The notes under the pieces were generated by a model. It made no database searches, had not been told where the DNA came from, and was given only the letters and a program-made list of their open reading frames with translations. 64,000 nt of DNA. Origin: Thermodesulfobacteriota bacterium (GTDB lineage Bacteria > Desulfobacterota > Desulfobacteria > Desulfobacterales > SURF-7). A program made the translations under genes and the position numbers. Of the stretch, positions 1 to 10,147 are shown one piece after another; position 1 is the stretch's first letter; the number at the start of each line of letters is the position of its first letter. The stretch lies in the NCBI GenBank assembly GCA_049320885.1, contig JBMORA010000045.1, positions 1-64,000 on the forward strand, read 5' to 3'.

Positions 1-322
1 GGGCAGCCAGCGCCTTGATTTCAGCGCTGGCCGGACATGCCGCCAGCAGCATTTCAAATATCCATCGCCGGACATTGCTGACACGTTCCGTTTCCGTGTA
101 GATATTGATGCCATCGGCCACCGGGTAAATGCATGCAGCCACCAGTTTCGACCAGTTGCCTTCCTTCATCTCCACCATGCACAGCCGGCAAGAGCCACTG
201 GGCGCAACGGCTTCGTGAAAACACAGGGTAGGAATGTCGATCCCGTATTCCCTTGCCGTTTCCAGCACTGTCCATCCTGGGCGGGCTTTTACTTCCTTGT
301 CGTTAATGTTGAACGTAATCAT
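1..322 (-). CDS. NuoG/HoxU/BamI-like [2Fe-2S] subunit (3'-truncated by the window edge)
   Basis: Not in the ORF track. Manual translation from ATG 322 (GGAGG RBS at 331-335) gives MITFNINDKEVKARPGWTVLETAREYGIDIPTLCFHEAVAPSGSCRLCMVE...AACIYPV, the NuoG-N [2Fe-2S] motif. Follows the nuoE/F-like genes. Confidence 0.85.
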   Translation of the reverse strand, partial: MITFNINDKEVKARPGWTVLETAREYGIDIPTLCFHEAVAPSGSCRLCMVEMKEGNWSKLVAACIYPVADGINIYTETERVSNVRRWIFEMLLAACPASAEIKALAA

Positions 323-388
323 CGGGTTGACCTCCACTGAAAATTTCTTGAACGGAAAAAGGTTCCGGGAATGTTGAAACCATCCGTA

Positions 389-2290
389 TTATTTCACCAC
401 AACCGCGTTGAATTTGCAGCTTTCCCTGCAAATACCGCAACGAATGCACTGGGACGAATCGATGACGTGGACTTTCTTTTTTTCCCCGGTGATGCATTTC
501 TGCGGGCACTGCCGGGCGCAGTTCATGCAGCCGGTGCAAAGCTCCGGATCAATTGCATAGGTGATCAGGTCCTTGCAGACTCCTGCCGGACATTTCTTAT
601 TGCGTATATGAGCCAGATATTCATCCCGGAAATAGCGGATGGTGGTCAGCACCGGATTCGGAGCGCTCGATCCCAGAGCGCACAAGGCCCCGTCCTGGAT
701 TGCTTTTGCCAGGCTGATCAAATCGTCAATATCCTGTTCCGTACCCCGTCCTTTGGCGAAATTTTCCAGAATTTCCCGCATGCGGCTCAACCCCAGCCGG
801 CAGGGTATGCATTTCCCGCAGGACTCTTCTTCCAGAAAACGGAGGAAATAAAGCCCCACGTCAACGACACAATCTTCATCATCCATGACGATCATGGCGC
901 CGGAACCCATCATGGAACCGGCTCTGGTGAGAGCATCGAAATCCACCGGTACGTCTCTCAGAGAATAGGGTATGCATCCGCCGGACGGGCCACCGGTCTG
1001 AACCGCCTTGAAAGGCTTGCCGCCGGGAACGCCTCCGCCGATCTCCTCCACGATCTGCCTCATGGGCACCCCCATGGGGACTTCCACCAGCCCTACGTTG
1101 TTGACCTTGCCAACCAGGGAAAAAACCTTGGTACCGGTGCTGTTAGGCACTCCTAAAGCGGCATACCATTCGGCGCCCTTGTCGATGATCAGGGGCACGT
1201 TCGCCCAGGTTTCCACATTGTTGAGCACGGTCGGCCGGCCCCATAGGCCTTCTTCCACCGAGCGCACATATTTCGGCCTGGGATTTCCCGGCTTGCCTTC
1301 AATGGAGGTAAACAATGCCGTTGACTCGCCGCAAACGAAGGCGCCAGCGCCTCGATTGATTTGGGCATCAAAGGAAAAACCGGAATTCAAAATATTGTCT
1401 CCCAGGAGCCCCAATTCCCTGGCCTGGGCCATGGCGATTTCGAGATGGCGGATGGCCAGCGGATATTCCGCCCGCACATAGAGATACCCTTTTTCAGCTC
1501 CCAACGCATATGCGCCAATGATAAGGCCCTCTAAAACCGCGTGAGGGTCACCTTCCATAATCGTCCGATCCATGAAAGCGCCGGGGTCGCCTTCGTCGCC
1601 GTTGACCACGACGTAAACCGGACGTCCTTTCTTTTCTATGGCCTTCAAAGCGCTGTGCCATTTTCTGCCGGTGGGGAACCCCGCGCCGCCGCGCCCCCGC
1701 AAACCCGACCTTTCCACCTCCGCCACCACCTTCTCCGGCGTCATGACGGTCAAGGCCTTGGCCAGGGCCTGATATCCGCCGGCGGCAATGGTGTCGTAAA
1801 TGTCGCTGGGATCGATTTTGCCGATATTGTGCAGCACCACCCGTTGCTGCAACTTATAAAACGGAATTTCCGCTTCCGTGAGAATGCGTTTGCCGGACGT
1901 TGGATCCTTGTACAGAAGACGTTCCACGGGTTTGCCGTCGATCAAGGTGCTTTGGATGATCTCGGCGACATCCTTTGGCTTGACCTGTTGATAGAAAATC
2001 CCTTGGGGCCGGATCAGTACCAGGGGACCGCGGGAGCAAAAGCCCTGACATCCGGTGGTTTTAATTCCGGGAATCACCTTGGCGTCGATACCGGCCGCTT
2101 TCAGTTCCAGCCGGATTGCCTGGGTCACTTTCGGACTGCCGTTGGCCATACAACCGGTACCATGGCAGACGACAATCTCCGGCCTGGACGGATCCCGGTC
2201 CGCCAGGATTTGTTTGCGCAATTCCTCCAGCTCCGAATGGGAGTTCAACCGCCGAGTATCTGTTTTCAAGGCTGTGCCGGCTTTATACAT
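389..2290 (-). CDS. NuoF/HydB/BamH-like NADH- and FMN-binding subunit with N-terminal thioredoxin-like [2Fe-2S] and C-terminal 2x[4Fe-4S] domains
   Basis: Motifs GLRGRGGAGFPTG, NGDEGDPGAFMDR, GAGAFVCGE, GGPSGGC, ESCGKCIPCR and two CxxCxxCxxxC motifs at the C-terminus. Confidence 0.92.
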   Translation of the reverse strand: MYKAGTALKTDTRRLNSHSELEELRKQILADRDPSRPEIVVCHGTGCMANGSPKVTQAIRLELKAAGIDAKVIPGIKTTGCQGFCSRGPLVLIRPQGIFYQQVKPKDVAEIIQSTLIDGKPVERLLYKDPTSGKRILTEAEIPFYKLQQRVVLHNIGKIDPSDIYDTIAAGGYQALAKALTVMTPEKVVAEVERSGLRGRGGAGFPTGRKWHSALKAIEKKGRPVYVVVNGDEGDPGAFMDRTIMEGDPHAVLEGLIIGAYALGAEKGYLYVRAEYPLAIRHLEIAMAQARELGLLGDNILNSGFSFDAQINRGAGAFVCGESTALFTSIEGKPGNPRPKYVRSVEEGLWGRPTVLNNVETWANVPLIIDKGAEWYAALGVPNSTGTKVFSLVGKVNNVGLVEVPMGVPMRQIVEEIGGGVPGGKPFKAVQTGGPSGGCIPYSLRDVPVDFDALTRAGSMMGSGAMIVMDDEDCVVDVGLYFLRFLEEESCGKCIPCRLGLSRMREILENFAKGRGTEQDIDDLISLAKAIQDGALCALGSSAPNPVLTTIRYFRDEYLAHIRNKKCPAGVCKDLITYAIDPELCTGCMNCARQCPQKCITGEKKKVHVIDSSQCIRCGICRESCKFNAVVVK

Positions 2291-2780
2291 AACTGATGCC
2301 CTCCGTTTTTTCCAATCCGCCCATTTCCAGGGCCTCTAAAAATTTTTCCAATTTTTTGGCCGTCATGTTGGGTTGATACTCTTCATCCACGACCACTACG
2401 GGTGCCAGGGCGCAGGCCCCCACGCAATTGACGGTGTTCAAGGTGTACCGAAGATCCGGCGTGGTTTCCCCGGGACCGACACCAATCCGGCGTTCCAGTT
2501 CCGCCACGATCCGTTGGCCGCCTTTCAAATGACAGGCGGTTCCCAGACAAACCCGGATCTCGTGTTCGCCCCTGGGATCGAGTCGAAAAGACTGATAAAA
2601 AGTGGCGACCGCATAAGCCTGGGTCAGCGGGACTCCGATTCGATCACAGACTTCCTGCATCGACTCCCGGGAAATATAGCCATACTCGGACTGAATATCC
2701 TGAAGATAAAAAATAAGATATTCCGGTTGGCTGGGATAACGCTCCATGATGTCATCCAGTTCGGCGGCGACTTGTTTCAT
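2283..2780 (-). CDS. NuoE/HydC/BamG-like [2Fe-2S] subunit
   Basis: VATFYQSF, VCLGTACHLKG, CVGACALAP. Start moved to ATG 2780 (AGGAGG at 2787-2792). Overlaps the next gene by 8 nt. Confidence 0.9.
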   Translation of the reverse strand: MKQVAAELDDIMERYPSQPEYLIFYLQDIQSEYGYISRESMQEVCDRIGVPLTQAYAVATFYQSFRLDPRGEHEIRVCLGTACHLKGGQRIVAELERRIGVGPGETTPDLRYTLNTVNCVGACALAPVVVVDEEYQPNMTAKKLEKFLEALEMGGLEKTEGISYV

Positions 2781-2835
2781 TGCAATCCTCCTTGCATCGG
2801 GTGATAAATGTTGGCTTCCATCGCCCGCCACATAG

Positions 2836-2852
2836 AGCAAAGAAGATGCCAA
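2836..2852 (-). promoter_or_regulatory. sigma54 -24/-12 promoter of the nuoEFG-like operon
   Basis: Minus strand reads TTGGCATCTTCTTTGCT (GG-N10-GC), with an AT-rich IHF-like tract just upstream. Confidence 0.75.
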
Positions 2853-2945
2853 CTTTATAACATATTGTTTTTTTAATCCTTTTTTTGTTAATATCGACGT
2901 TTTCACCCGTGTGTGGACATTACCGGGGCTCATTCGGAAGCCATT

Positions 2946-2985
2946 TGAAACAAAAAGATGTTTCACGGAAAAGGCGGCTGAAACA
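2946..2985. promoter_or_regulatory. Putative enhancer (UAS): palindrome TGAAACA-N6-TGTTTCA plus an extra TGAAACA half-site
   Basis: Perfect 7-bp inverted repeat at 2946-2965 and half-site at 2979-2985, about 100 bp upstream of the sigma54 promoter. Confidence 0.6.
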
Positions 2986-3000
2986 AAACCGGAAAAACTG

Positions 3001-4737
3001 TCAGGTCAAACCCAGCGATTTCATTCTGCGCCACAGAGATGTGCGGCTGATGCCTAGCAATGCGGCCGCCGGTCCTTTCCGGCCGCCGCTTTCCGAAAGT
3101 GCGCGAAGGAGCGTTTCCCTGTCATGGGATTCTTTCTTTTCCGGCAGCCAGCCTTCCTTAAGAGTACTACCGGATCGGAATTCCTGGATATCCGGAAGGT
3201 GACGGGCGAAGATCACCGGCCCCTTGACAAACACGAAGGCATGTTCGATGCAGCGTTCCAGTTCCCGGATATTTCCCGGCCAGTGGTAGGCGAGAAAAAA
3301 TCGGATCGCTTTGGGGTCAACGGAACGGACATTCTTGTCGTATTTGACGTTGAACTTGGTGATGAAATGATCCACCAGCAGCGGAATATCATCGGCCCGT
3401 TCCCGCAGAGGAGGCAGTGTCAGGGGGACGGTTTTCAGGCGATAATAGAGATCCTCACGGAACCTGCCGGTTTTCAGACCCTCCTCCAAATGTCGGTTTG
3501 TGGCGCTGATCAAGCGGGCCTTGAATGGAATGCCGATCGTACCGCCGACTCGCTCGAATACCCGTTGTTCCAAGACACCTAGCAACTTGACTTGCAGCTC
3601 GGGCTTCATCTCGCCGATTTCATCCAGAAACAAGGTCCCGTTGCCGGCCAGCTCAAACCGCCCGGGGCGCGTTCGGACCGCGCCGGTGAAGGCGCCTTTC
3701 TCATGGCCGAACAATTCGGATTCCAGCAGAGACTCCGCCAGCGCCATGCAGTTGACGGATACAAACGGGCCTTTTGCATTTTTAGAACGCACATGGATGG
3801 CACGGGCCAGAAGATCCTTGCCCGTTCCGCTTTCTCCGCAAATGAGGACATTGGCTTCGCTGGCGGCGATATCCGGCAACATGGAAAATACGGCCTGCAT
3901 GGCCGAACTCTTCCCGATGATTCCGCTGCAACTGTAATCTTCCGGCTTCTGAATGGGGATCATCCCAGGCCTGTCCGAAGGACGGAACGTTTCCACCGCT
4001 CCCAGAATGGAGCCGTCACGATCGAAAAGAGCGCTGGAATTCACCCGCAGGGACTGACGGACACCCGTGTTGCTCAGGATGTCCATTTCTTGATCCATGC
4101 AGGTCCGGCCGGTTTTCAAGGAAGTGGACAGCGGGCAATTCCGGCGGCATGAATCCGAACGAAATACATCCCAGCAGTGGCGACCAATGGCGTCGGTTTT
4201 CGTATAACCGGTGATTCTTTCGGCGGTCCGGTTGAAAGAAGTGATCCGCCAGCCGGTGTTGATCGTGAAAACGCCCTCCGGAAGGGTTTCAAACAGGGTC
4301 TGATAATCAATGGCAAGCTGATGTTTGGACATCCCGGAACGTAGCGGGAAAAACGCCTCGGGTGAAAAACTGAAAATCGCACCCATGACATCCTGGTGTT
4401 CATTGTACAGCGGTTCGACAGAATATTCACACCGAATTCGGCGCCCGCCCTCACCGGTCAGACTTCCCCTGATCCCCTTCACCGCTTTGCCATCGCGCAA
4501 CACCTCCTCCAACACTTGGCATGCGTAAGGGCTATCCGCCTCATCGAATAGTTGGTTCAAGGGACAAGGAGTGTTGGGAACCAGCGCACGGTTCAGCAAT
4601 CGCTGTATCCCGGGATTGCAGTTCATGAGCTGCAATTGTCTTGAAAGCACCAGCACGCCGTTTCCGGCCGCAGTCGAACATTGAAAGGTCGGTAGCCTGT
4701 GATTTTCCTGATTCTGTTTATTCTCCAATGTCTTCAA
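3001..4737 (-). CDS. PAS-PAS sigma54-dependent transcriptional activator (AAA+, Fis HTH)
   Basis: [30 protein letters not shown] and a C-terminal HTH. The second PAS domain has C-x8-C-x3-C. The TTG start is uncertain. Confidence 0.92.
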   Translation of the reverse strand: MKTLENKQNQENHRLPTFQCSTAAGNGVLVLSRQLQLMNCNPGIQRLLNRALVPNTPCPLNQLFDEADSPYACQVLEEVLRDGKAVKGIRGSLTGEGGRRIRCEYSVEPLYNEHQDVMGAIFSFSPEAFFPLRSGMSKHQLAIDYQTLFETLPEGVFTINTGWRITSFNRTAERITGYTKTDAIGRHCWDVFRSDSCRRNCPLSTSLKTGRTCMDQEMDILSNTGVRQSLRVNSSALFDRDGSILGAVETFRPSDRPGMIPIQKPEDYSCSGIIGKSSAMQAVFSMLPDIAASEANVLICGESGTGKDLLARAIHVRSKNAKGPFVSVNCMALAESLLESELFGHEKGAFTGAVRTRPGRFELAGNGTLFLDEIGEMKPELQVKLLGVLEQRVFERVGGTIGIPFKARLISATNRHLEEGLKTGRFREDLYYRLKTVPLTLPPLRERADDIPLLVDHFITKFNVKYDKNVRSVDPKAIRFFLAYHWPGNIRELERCIEHAFVFVKGPVIFARHLPDIQEFRSGSTLKEGWLPEKKESHDRETLLRALSESGGRKGPAAALLGISRTSLWRRMKSLGLT

Positions 4738-4895
4738 TCGATGTATCCCCGCATGTCAATGGGTTCAAGCCTCATCATTTCCAGCTGATCCTCGGCTTGA
4801 TGCGAACACAATCAGCCTGCAAAACATGGGCCAGCCATGAAAGTCCGGAAAGCAAGCACCCGATACGGAAAGGCGGAATCCCGAACCATCCGGCA

Positions 4896-4933
4896 TGAAA
4901 CATCTGAAACAGATGAAACATTATTTTGAAACA
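4896..4933. repeat. Four direct copies of TGAAACA between the divergent activator genes
   Basis: TGAAACA at 4896, 4905, 4914 and 4927. Confidence 0.7.
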
Positions 4934-5017
4934 CGCTTGCAAACGGGCATCCACTCAAGGTATATCATTCGCTAATTGTCTCATTTTTGATACATAAAAA
5001 TCGAGTGCGCTCCAAAA

Positions 5018-6421
5018 ATGAAACTAACACCCGGAGAAACAGACGTGAATCCCAAAACTGACCCCCGCTATCTCCCTTTGATTTTTCAATCCATTCCCCA
5101 TGGCATCTTCACCGTTGATGGGAACGGTCTCATCAGCGCTTTCAATAAGGCCGCTGAAGACATTACCGGATATGGGGCTTCAGAGGCCATCGGAAAGAGA
5201 TGTAAGGATATTTTCCAGGCGGATATATGTGAACGGGATTGTCCTCTGCAACATTCGGTTCACACAATGGAGAAAATCGATGATCGCCAAGCGATCATTC
5301 GCACCCGAAGCGGTGAGAAGAGGATAATCTCCATCTGCACCGCCGCCATCACGAATGCAAGCGGTGCCATTATAGGCGGGGTTGAAATGTTTCGCGATAT
5401 TTCCCAGCTGGAAGAACTTCGCAAGCAATTGCAACATTCCTATGGCCTGGGAGACATCGTCACCAAGAATTCTACCATGGTCGAAATACTGGACAGACTT
5501 CCTTTGTATGCCGACAGCACCAGTACCGTCCTCATCGAAGGCCCCAGTGGAACCGGAAAGGAGCTGGTGGCCCGGGCACTCCACAATCTCAGTCCCAGGA
5601 CAAACAAACCATTCATTGCCGTCAATTGCGCCGCCCTGCCGGACAACCTGCTGGAGTCGGAGCTTTTCGGTTATGTCAAAGGAGCCTTCACCGACGCCCG
5701 CAAAGACAAGCCGGGCCGGTTTCAACTCGCCCATACCGGAAGTATTTTTTTGGATGAAATCGGCGACATCTCCCTTCCCATGCAAACCAAATTGCTCCGG
5801 GTGCTTCAGGAACGCGAATTCGAACCCCTCGGAAGTATAAAGAACGTCAAGGTGGACCTCCGGGTGATCGCCGCCACCAACTCGAACCTGGAAGAAAAAG
5901 TCAAACAGGGATTGTTTCGGGAAGACCTCTTTTATCGTCTCCATGTGATCCGAATCCGGCTCCCGCCGCTTTCCCAAAGACGCGAGGATATTCCGATCCT
6001 GGTCGCGCATTTTATTGAAAGTTTCAATCACCTGCTGAATCGCAAGATCGATCGTATCAGCAACCGGGCCTTATGCGCGTTGATGGGCGCTCCGCTCCAG
6101 GGCAACGTCCGGGAATTGAAAAACGCCATTGAATATGCCTTTGTCATGTGCCGGGATGTCACCATTGATATCCAACACCTTCCACCCCAATACAGCACCT
6201 ACGAAGCGCCCATTCTAAAAGAAATCGACGGCGGTTTATTGAATACGGCCGAAGCAAACGTCATTCAGGCGGTTTTGAATCGCAACCAAGGCAACCGCAT
6301 TAAAACCGCGCTGGAACTCGGCATCTCACGGAATACCCTCTGGCGAAAAATGAAACGCTTCGGAATTGGAGGCCCGCATCCTCCCAACTGGGCAAAAACC
6401 TTCGGCGGTGAAACATATTGA
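5018..6421 (+). CDS. PAS sigma54-dependent transcriptional activator (OrpR-like)
   Basis: GPSGTGKE, GAFTDA, FLDEIGD and an HTH. PAS domain has C-x8-C-x3-C. The true start may be GTG 5045, after a GGAG RBS. Confidence 0.92.
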   Translation: MKLTPGETDVNPKTDPRYLPLIFQSIPHGIFTVDGNGLISAFNKAAEDITGYGASEAIGKRCKDIFQADICERDCPLQHSVHTMEKIDDRQAIIRTRSGEKRIISICTAAITNASGAIIGGVEMFRDISQLEELRKQLQHSYGLGDIVTKNSTMVEILDRLPLYADSTSTVLIEGPSGTGKELVARALHNLSPRTNKPFIAVNCAALPDNLLESELFGYVKGAFTDARKDKPGRFQLAHTGSIFLDEIGDISLPMQTKLLRVLQEREFEPLGSIKNVKVDLRVIAATNSNLEEKVKQGLFREDLFYRLHVIRIRLPPLSQRREDIPILVAHFIESFNHLLNRKIDRISNRALCALMGAPLQGNVRELKNAIEYAFVMCRDVTIDIQHLPPQYSTYEAPILKEIDGGLLNTAEANVIQAVLNRNQGNRIKTALELGISRNTLWRKMKRFGIGGPHPPNWAKTFGGETY

Positions 6422-6512
6422 CTTTAAAACCGATTTTCTATATTTAGGTCCCATCTGCACTTCTTTCCCATGGCATCAGCCCCAGTGCCTTTCAACGCAG
6501 GAGAGCCGTGTC

Positions 6513-8840
6513 ATGACACACCAGATACTGGAAAATTTTCAATCCGTTTTCCTCAGCATCGCCGAGGCGCTCATCGTTACCGATGCGGAGGGAACCATAC
6601 GATGGATCAATCCGGCCGCGGAAAAGCTCATCGGCTGGAGCCAGTCTGCCGCCGCAGGAAAAAAACTGCCGGATGTCTTTCGCCTCATCCATGCGAAGAC
6701 CGGAACTGTCGTGCCACATCCGGTGATGAGCGCCTTACGGGAAAACGCCGCGGTGGATCTGGCGCCGGACACGGTTCTGATAACCGGTGACGGAAAAAAA
6801 ATCCCCATTGCCGGGACCTGTGCCCCCATCCGCAACGAGCCAGCCGAAGTGGGCGGAGCCGTCCTGGTGTTGCGGGACCGGACCGGCGAATACGGCGACG
6901 GGGAGCGCCAGAAGGAACGGGAAAGCCGGTTCCGGGCCAACGAAGCCCTGATCCGCTCCATCGGCAACAACCTTCCCAACGGCATGCTGTACCAGGTGAT
7001 CCGCTATCCCGACGGCAGCCGCCGATTTGCCTATGTAAGCGATGCCGTCAAGCGTTTTTACGGATGTTCCCCCCGGGAGGCCATGGCCGACGCCAGCCTC
7101 ATTTATGGCCGAGTGGCCGAGGAGGACCGCGCGCGGGTCTGGAAGGAGGAAGAGAACGCTTTTAAACGGTTCAGCGCCTTTTCCACGGAAGTGCGCATGA
7201 TCAACCCCTCGGGAGACATCCGCTGGTCCTATTTCGCCTCAAGCCCCCGCCGGCTGGAAGACGGCTCCACCTGCTGGGATGGATTCGAAATCGATATCAC
7301 CGACCGGAAAAAGACCGAGGAGACCTTGCGACAGGTTTCCTGCCGGCAAGAGGCCCTGCTGTCCGCCATTCCGGACATCATCATGGAAGTCAACGCTGAC
7401 AAGGTGTATACCTGGGCCAACCAGGCCGGTCTATCTTTTTTCGGCGAGGACGTCATCGGCAGGGAGGCGGCCTATTATTTCGCAGGCGAGCAGAAAACCT
7501 ACAGCACGGTGAAACCGCTTTTCAACGGCCAGGAAAACGTGATTTACGTGGAAAGCCTCCAGCGGAGAAAAGATGGCCAGAAACGGCTGCTGGCCTGGTG
7601 GTGCCGCGTGCTCAAGGACGAGAACGGCAAGGTCATCGGTGCGCTTTCCTCGGCCCGGGACATCACCGAGCAGAGGACCTTGGAGGCCCAACTTCTCCAG
7701 GCCCAGAAAATGGAGTCGGTGGGACGACTGGCCGGAGGCGTGGCCCATGATTTCAACAACATGCTTCAGTCGATAATCGGGCATACCGATCTGGCGCTGA
7801 GCGACATCGGTGTGGATGATCCCTTGCGCGACAACCTGCTGGAAATCCGGAAATCCGCCGGCCGGTCCGCGGAACTGACCCGCCAACTGCTCGCGTTTGC
7901 CCGCAAACAGACCGTAAACCCCAAAATCCTGGACCTGAACGACACCGTGGCCGGCATGCTGAAAATGCTGCGGCGGCTCATCGGTGAAGATATCGAATTG
8001 ATCTGGAAACCGGGCGCCAACCTCTGGCCGGTCAAAATGGACCCCACCCAGGTGGACCAGATTCTTGCCAATCTCAGCGTCAACGCCCGGGACGCCATCA
8101 CCGGTGTCGGCACCCTGACCATCGAAACCGGCAATGTCTGTTTGAATGAATTCCATTCCGAGGGCCTCACCGGCTATGCGCCCGGTGACTATATCCGGCT
8201 TTCGGTGACGGACGATGGCTGCGGCATGGATAAGGACGTGCTGCGGAATATTTTCGATCCGTTTTTCACCACCAAGGAGATCGGCAAGGGAACCGGTTTG
8301 GGCCTGGCAACGGTTTACGGCATCGTCAAGCAGAACAACGGCTGGATCAGCGCTGTCAGTGAGCCGGGTAAAGGCGCGAGCTTCCATATCTACCTGCCCC
8401 GTGAGCCGTATGGAGAAGCTGCCGCCATTCCCGGGAATGAAGACAAACCGGAGCGGGGTGATGAAATCATCCTGCTGGTGGAAGACGACGAATCCATTCT
8501 CCAATTGGGAGCTGCCATTTTGAAACGGTTCGGATACACCCTGCTCATTGCCCGGACTCCCGGTGAGGCGTTGAACATTGTCCGGAAACAGGAAGGGCCG
8601 ATCCACCTGCTCATCACCGATGTGGTGATGCCCGAAATGAACGGCCGGGATCTGAAGGATCGCATTTCCGCCATGCGGCCGGGAATCAAGGTTCTGTTCA
8701 TGTCGGGATACACGGCCGATATCATTGCCCATCATGGAGTTCTGGAGTCCGGCATCCATTTTCTGCAAAAGCCGTTTTCCATCAACAGCCTGGCCTCCAG
8801 TGTGCGGAAGGGCCTGGACAATCCAACTCCGGTCGGATAA
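6513..8840 (+). CDS. Cytoplasmic hybrid sensor histidine kinase (3 PAS, HisKA, HATPase, REC)
   Basis: [11 protein letters not shown]-box, [15 protein letters not shown], receiver LITDVVMP...KPF. Start placed at ATG 6513 after an AGGAG RBS. Confidence 0.92.
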   Translation: MTHQILENFQSVFLSIAEALIVTDAEGTIRWINPAAEKLIGWSQSAAAGKKLPDVFRLIHAKTGTVVPHPVMSALRENAAVDLAPDTVLITGDGKKIPIAGTCAPIRNEPAEVGGAVLVLRDRTGEYGDGERQKERESRFRANEALIRSIGNNLPNGMLYQVIRYPDGSRRFAYVSDAVKRFYGCSPREAMADASLIYGRVAEEDRARVWKEEENAFKRFSAFSTEVRMINPSGDIRWSYFASSPRRLEDGSTCWDGFEIDITDRKKTEETLRQVSCRQEALLSAIPDIIMEVNADKVYTWANQAGLSFFGEDVIGREAAYYFAGEQKTYSTVKPLFNGQENVIYVESLQRRKDGQKRLLAWWCRVLKDENGKVIGALSSARDITEQRTLEAQLLQAQKMESVGRLAGGVAHDFNNMLQSIIGHTDLALSDIGVDDPLRDNLLEIRKSAGRSAELTRQLLAFARKQTVNPKILDLNDTVAGMLKMLRRLIGEDIELIWKPGANLWPVKMDPTQVDQILANLSVNARDAITGVGTLTIETGNVCLNEFHSEGLTGYAPGDYIRLSVTDDGCGMDKDVLRNIFDPFFTTKEIGKGTGLGLATVYGIVKQNNGWISAVSEPGKGASFHIYLPREPYGEAAAIPGNEDKPERGDEIILLVEDDESILQLGAAILKRFGYTLLIARTPGEALNIVRKQEGPIHLLITDVVMPEMNGRDLKDRISAMRPGIKVLFMSGYTADIIAHHGVLESGIHFLQKPFSINSLASSVRKGLDNPTPVG

Positions 8841-8850
8841 TGGAAAGGAT

Positions 8851-10140
8851 ATGCGGAATGCAATGGAAACAACGGACGGCATCACCAGAAGGCATTTTGT
8901 CGGAATCTGCGGCAAAACCGCACTGACCCTGCCGCTCCTCGCGGGGGCAGGCTTTCCGGCCGGATGCGCGGACGGCTCATCCCGGCTCCGGAAACGCCAC
9001 CGGTATGAAAAGCTGCTTCTGAAAAACGGCGCCGTTTATCAGGACGGCGGCTATCGACCCGTTGATGTCGCGATCGAGGGCGGCGTGATCACCGGACTCG
9101 GACCGGGTATCGATCCGGACGGCAGGGCGGAATCCAAAGTGGTGGACTGTTCCGGTCTGTTTATTTCTCCAGGCTGGGTCGATGTTCATTGTCACATCGG
9201 CGGCATCGGGGTCGATCCCGGTCTGCTGGGTCCCGAAATGGGCGTCACCGCGCTGGTCGACGCCGGCACTTATGGAGCGGCGAACTTCCAGGCCTTCCGG
9301 GACCGCTATGCGGTTCCTTCGCCGATCCCTGTTTACAGTTTTCTGAATGTCCGAAACAACGGCATTCGATTCTCGCATATTCTGTTCAACAGCCTGCCGG
9401 CTCTGGAAGACCTCCCGGAAGCGATGCGCCTGGCACGGGACAATCCGGATATCATCAAAGGGTTTAAAGTCCGTCTGGATTCGTTGTCCGCTGCCGATGA
9501 TTTCCAGACCCATCTGTCTGCCATGACGGCCAGACTATCCGGCGAGAGTGAACTGCCGGTGATGTATCATCTCGGCAAGCCGTCGCCCGTCATCACCGAT
9601 TTTCTGAAACATTCCAGACCAGGGGATATCATCACCCATTTTCTGCGCAACCGAACCAATTGCATCTTCAATGACTCGGGGACCCTGAGACCCGAAGCGA
9701 CGGCGGCGAAAGCCAAAGGCGTGTTGTATGATATCGGCCACGGGGTCGGCAGTTTTGAATTCGATACGGCGAAGAAAGCCCTGGATCAGGGCTTTTCGGA
9801 TTTTACCATCAGCTCGGACCTCTGGTTCTTACCATCACTGTTCAAATGCCGGACCTTTGCCAATGTCGCCTCGAAATTTCTCGCCCTGGGGCTTTCCCTG
9901 GAGGACGTGACGGAAAAAATCTCCGTCAAACCAAGAAACCTGCTGAAAATCGAATCGGGTATCGGGGTGAATAAAGCCGTCGACCTGACGGTTTTCGCCC
10001 TGGCCGATGGCGATTTCACTTATTATGACACCGCCGGAAAAACGCTGCCCGGCCACAGGCGGATCATTCCGGAATATGCCGTGGTCAAGGGCGATCTGAT
10101 CAGGGCAGGCGACCGGGACAGACGTCTGTTTATCTCGTAG
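8851..10140 (+). CDS. Amidohydrolase/deacetylase-family metallohydrolase (dihydroorotase-like subgroup) with a Tat/lipoprotein-like signal
   Basis: PGWVDVHCH, GFKVR, MYH, ITHF, DIGHGVGSF, ISSD; N-terminal TRRHFV...AGC. Start is 8851 or 8863. Confidence 0.8.
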   Translation: MRNAMETTDGITRRHFVGICGKTALTLPLLAGAGFPAGCADGSSRLRKRHRYEKLLLKNGAVYQDGGYRPVDVAIEGGVITGLGPGIDPDGRAESKVVDCSGLFISPGWVDVHCHIGGIGVDPGLLGPEMGVTALVDAGTYGAANFQAFRDRYAVPSPIPVYSFLNVRNNGIRFSHILFNSLPALEDLPEAMRLARDNPDIIKGFKVRLDSLSAADDFQTHLSAMTARLSGESELPVMYHLGKPSPVITDFLKHSRPGDIITHFLRNRTNCIFNDSGTLRPEATAAKAKGVLYDIGHGVGSFEFDTAKKALDQGFSDFTISSDLWFLPSLFKCRTFANVASKFLALGLSLEDVTEKISVKPRNLLKIESGIGVNKAVDLTVFALADGDFTYYDTAGKTLPGHRRIIPEYAVVKGDLIRAGDRDRRLFIS

Positions 10141-10147
10141 GGATGGC

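Noticed and set aside
1..2780. Respiratory complex I nuoEFG
   Set aside because: The extra Fe-S domains and motifs match soluble HydABC/BamGHI-type modules, and no nuoA-D genes precede them.
4896..4933. CRISPR-like or VNTR array
   Set aside because: The repeats are only 7 bp with 2-6 nt spacers and there are no cas genes; treated as operator sites.
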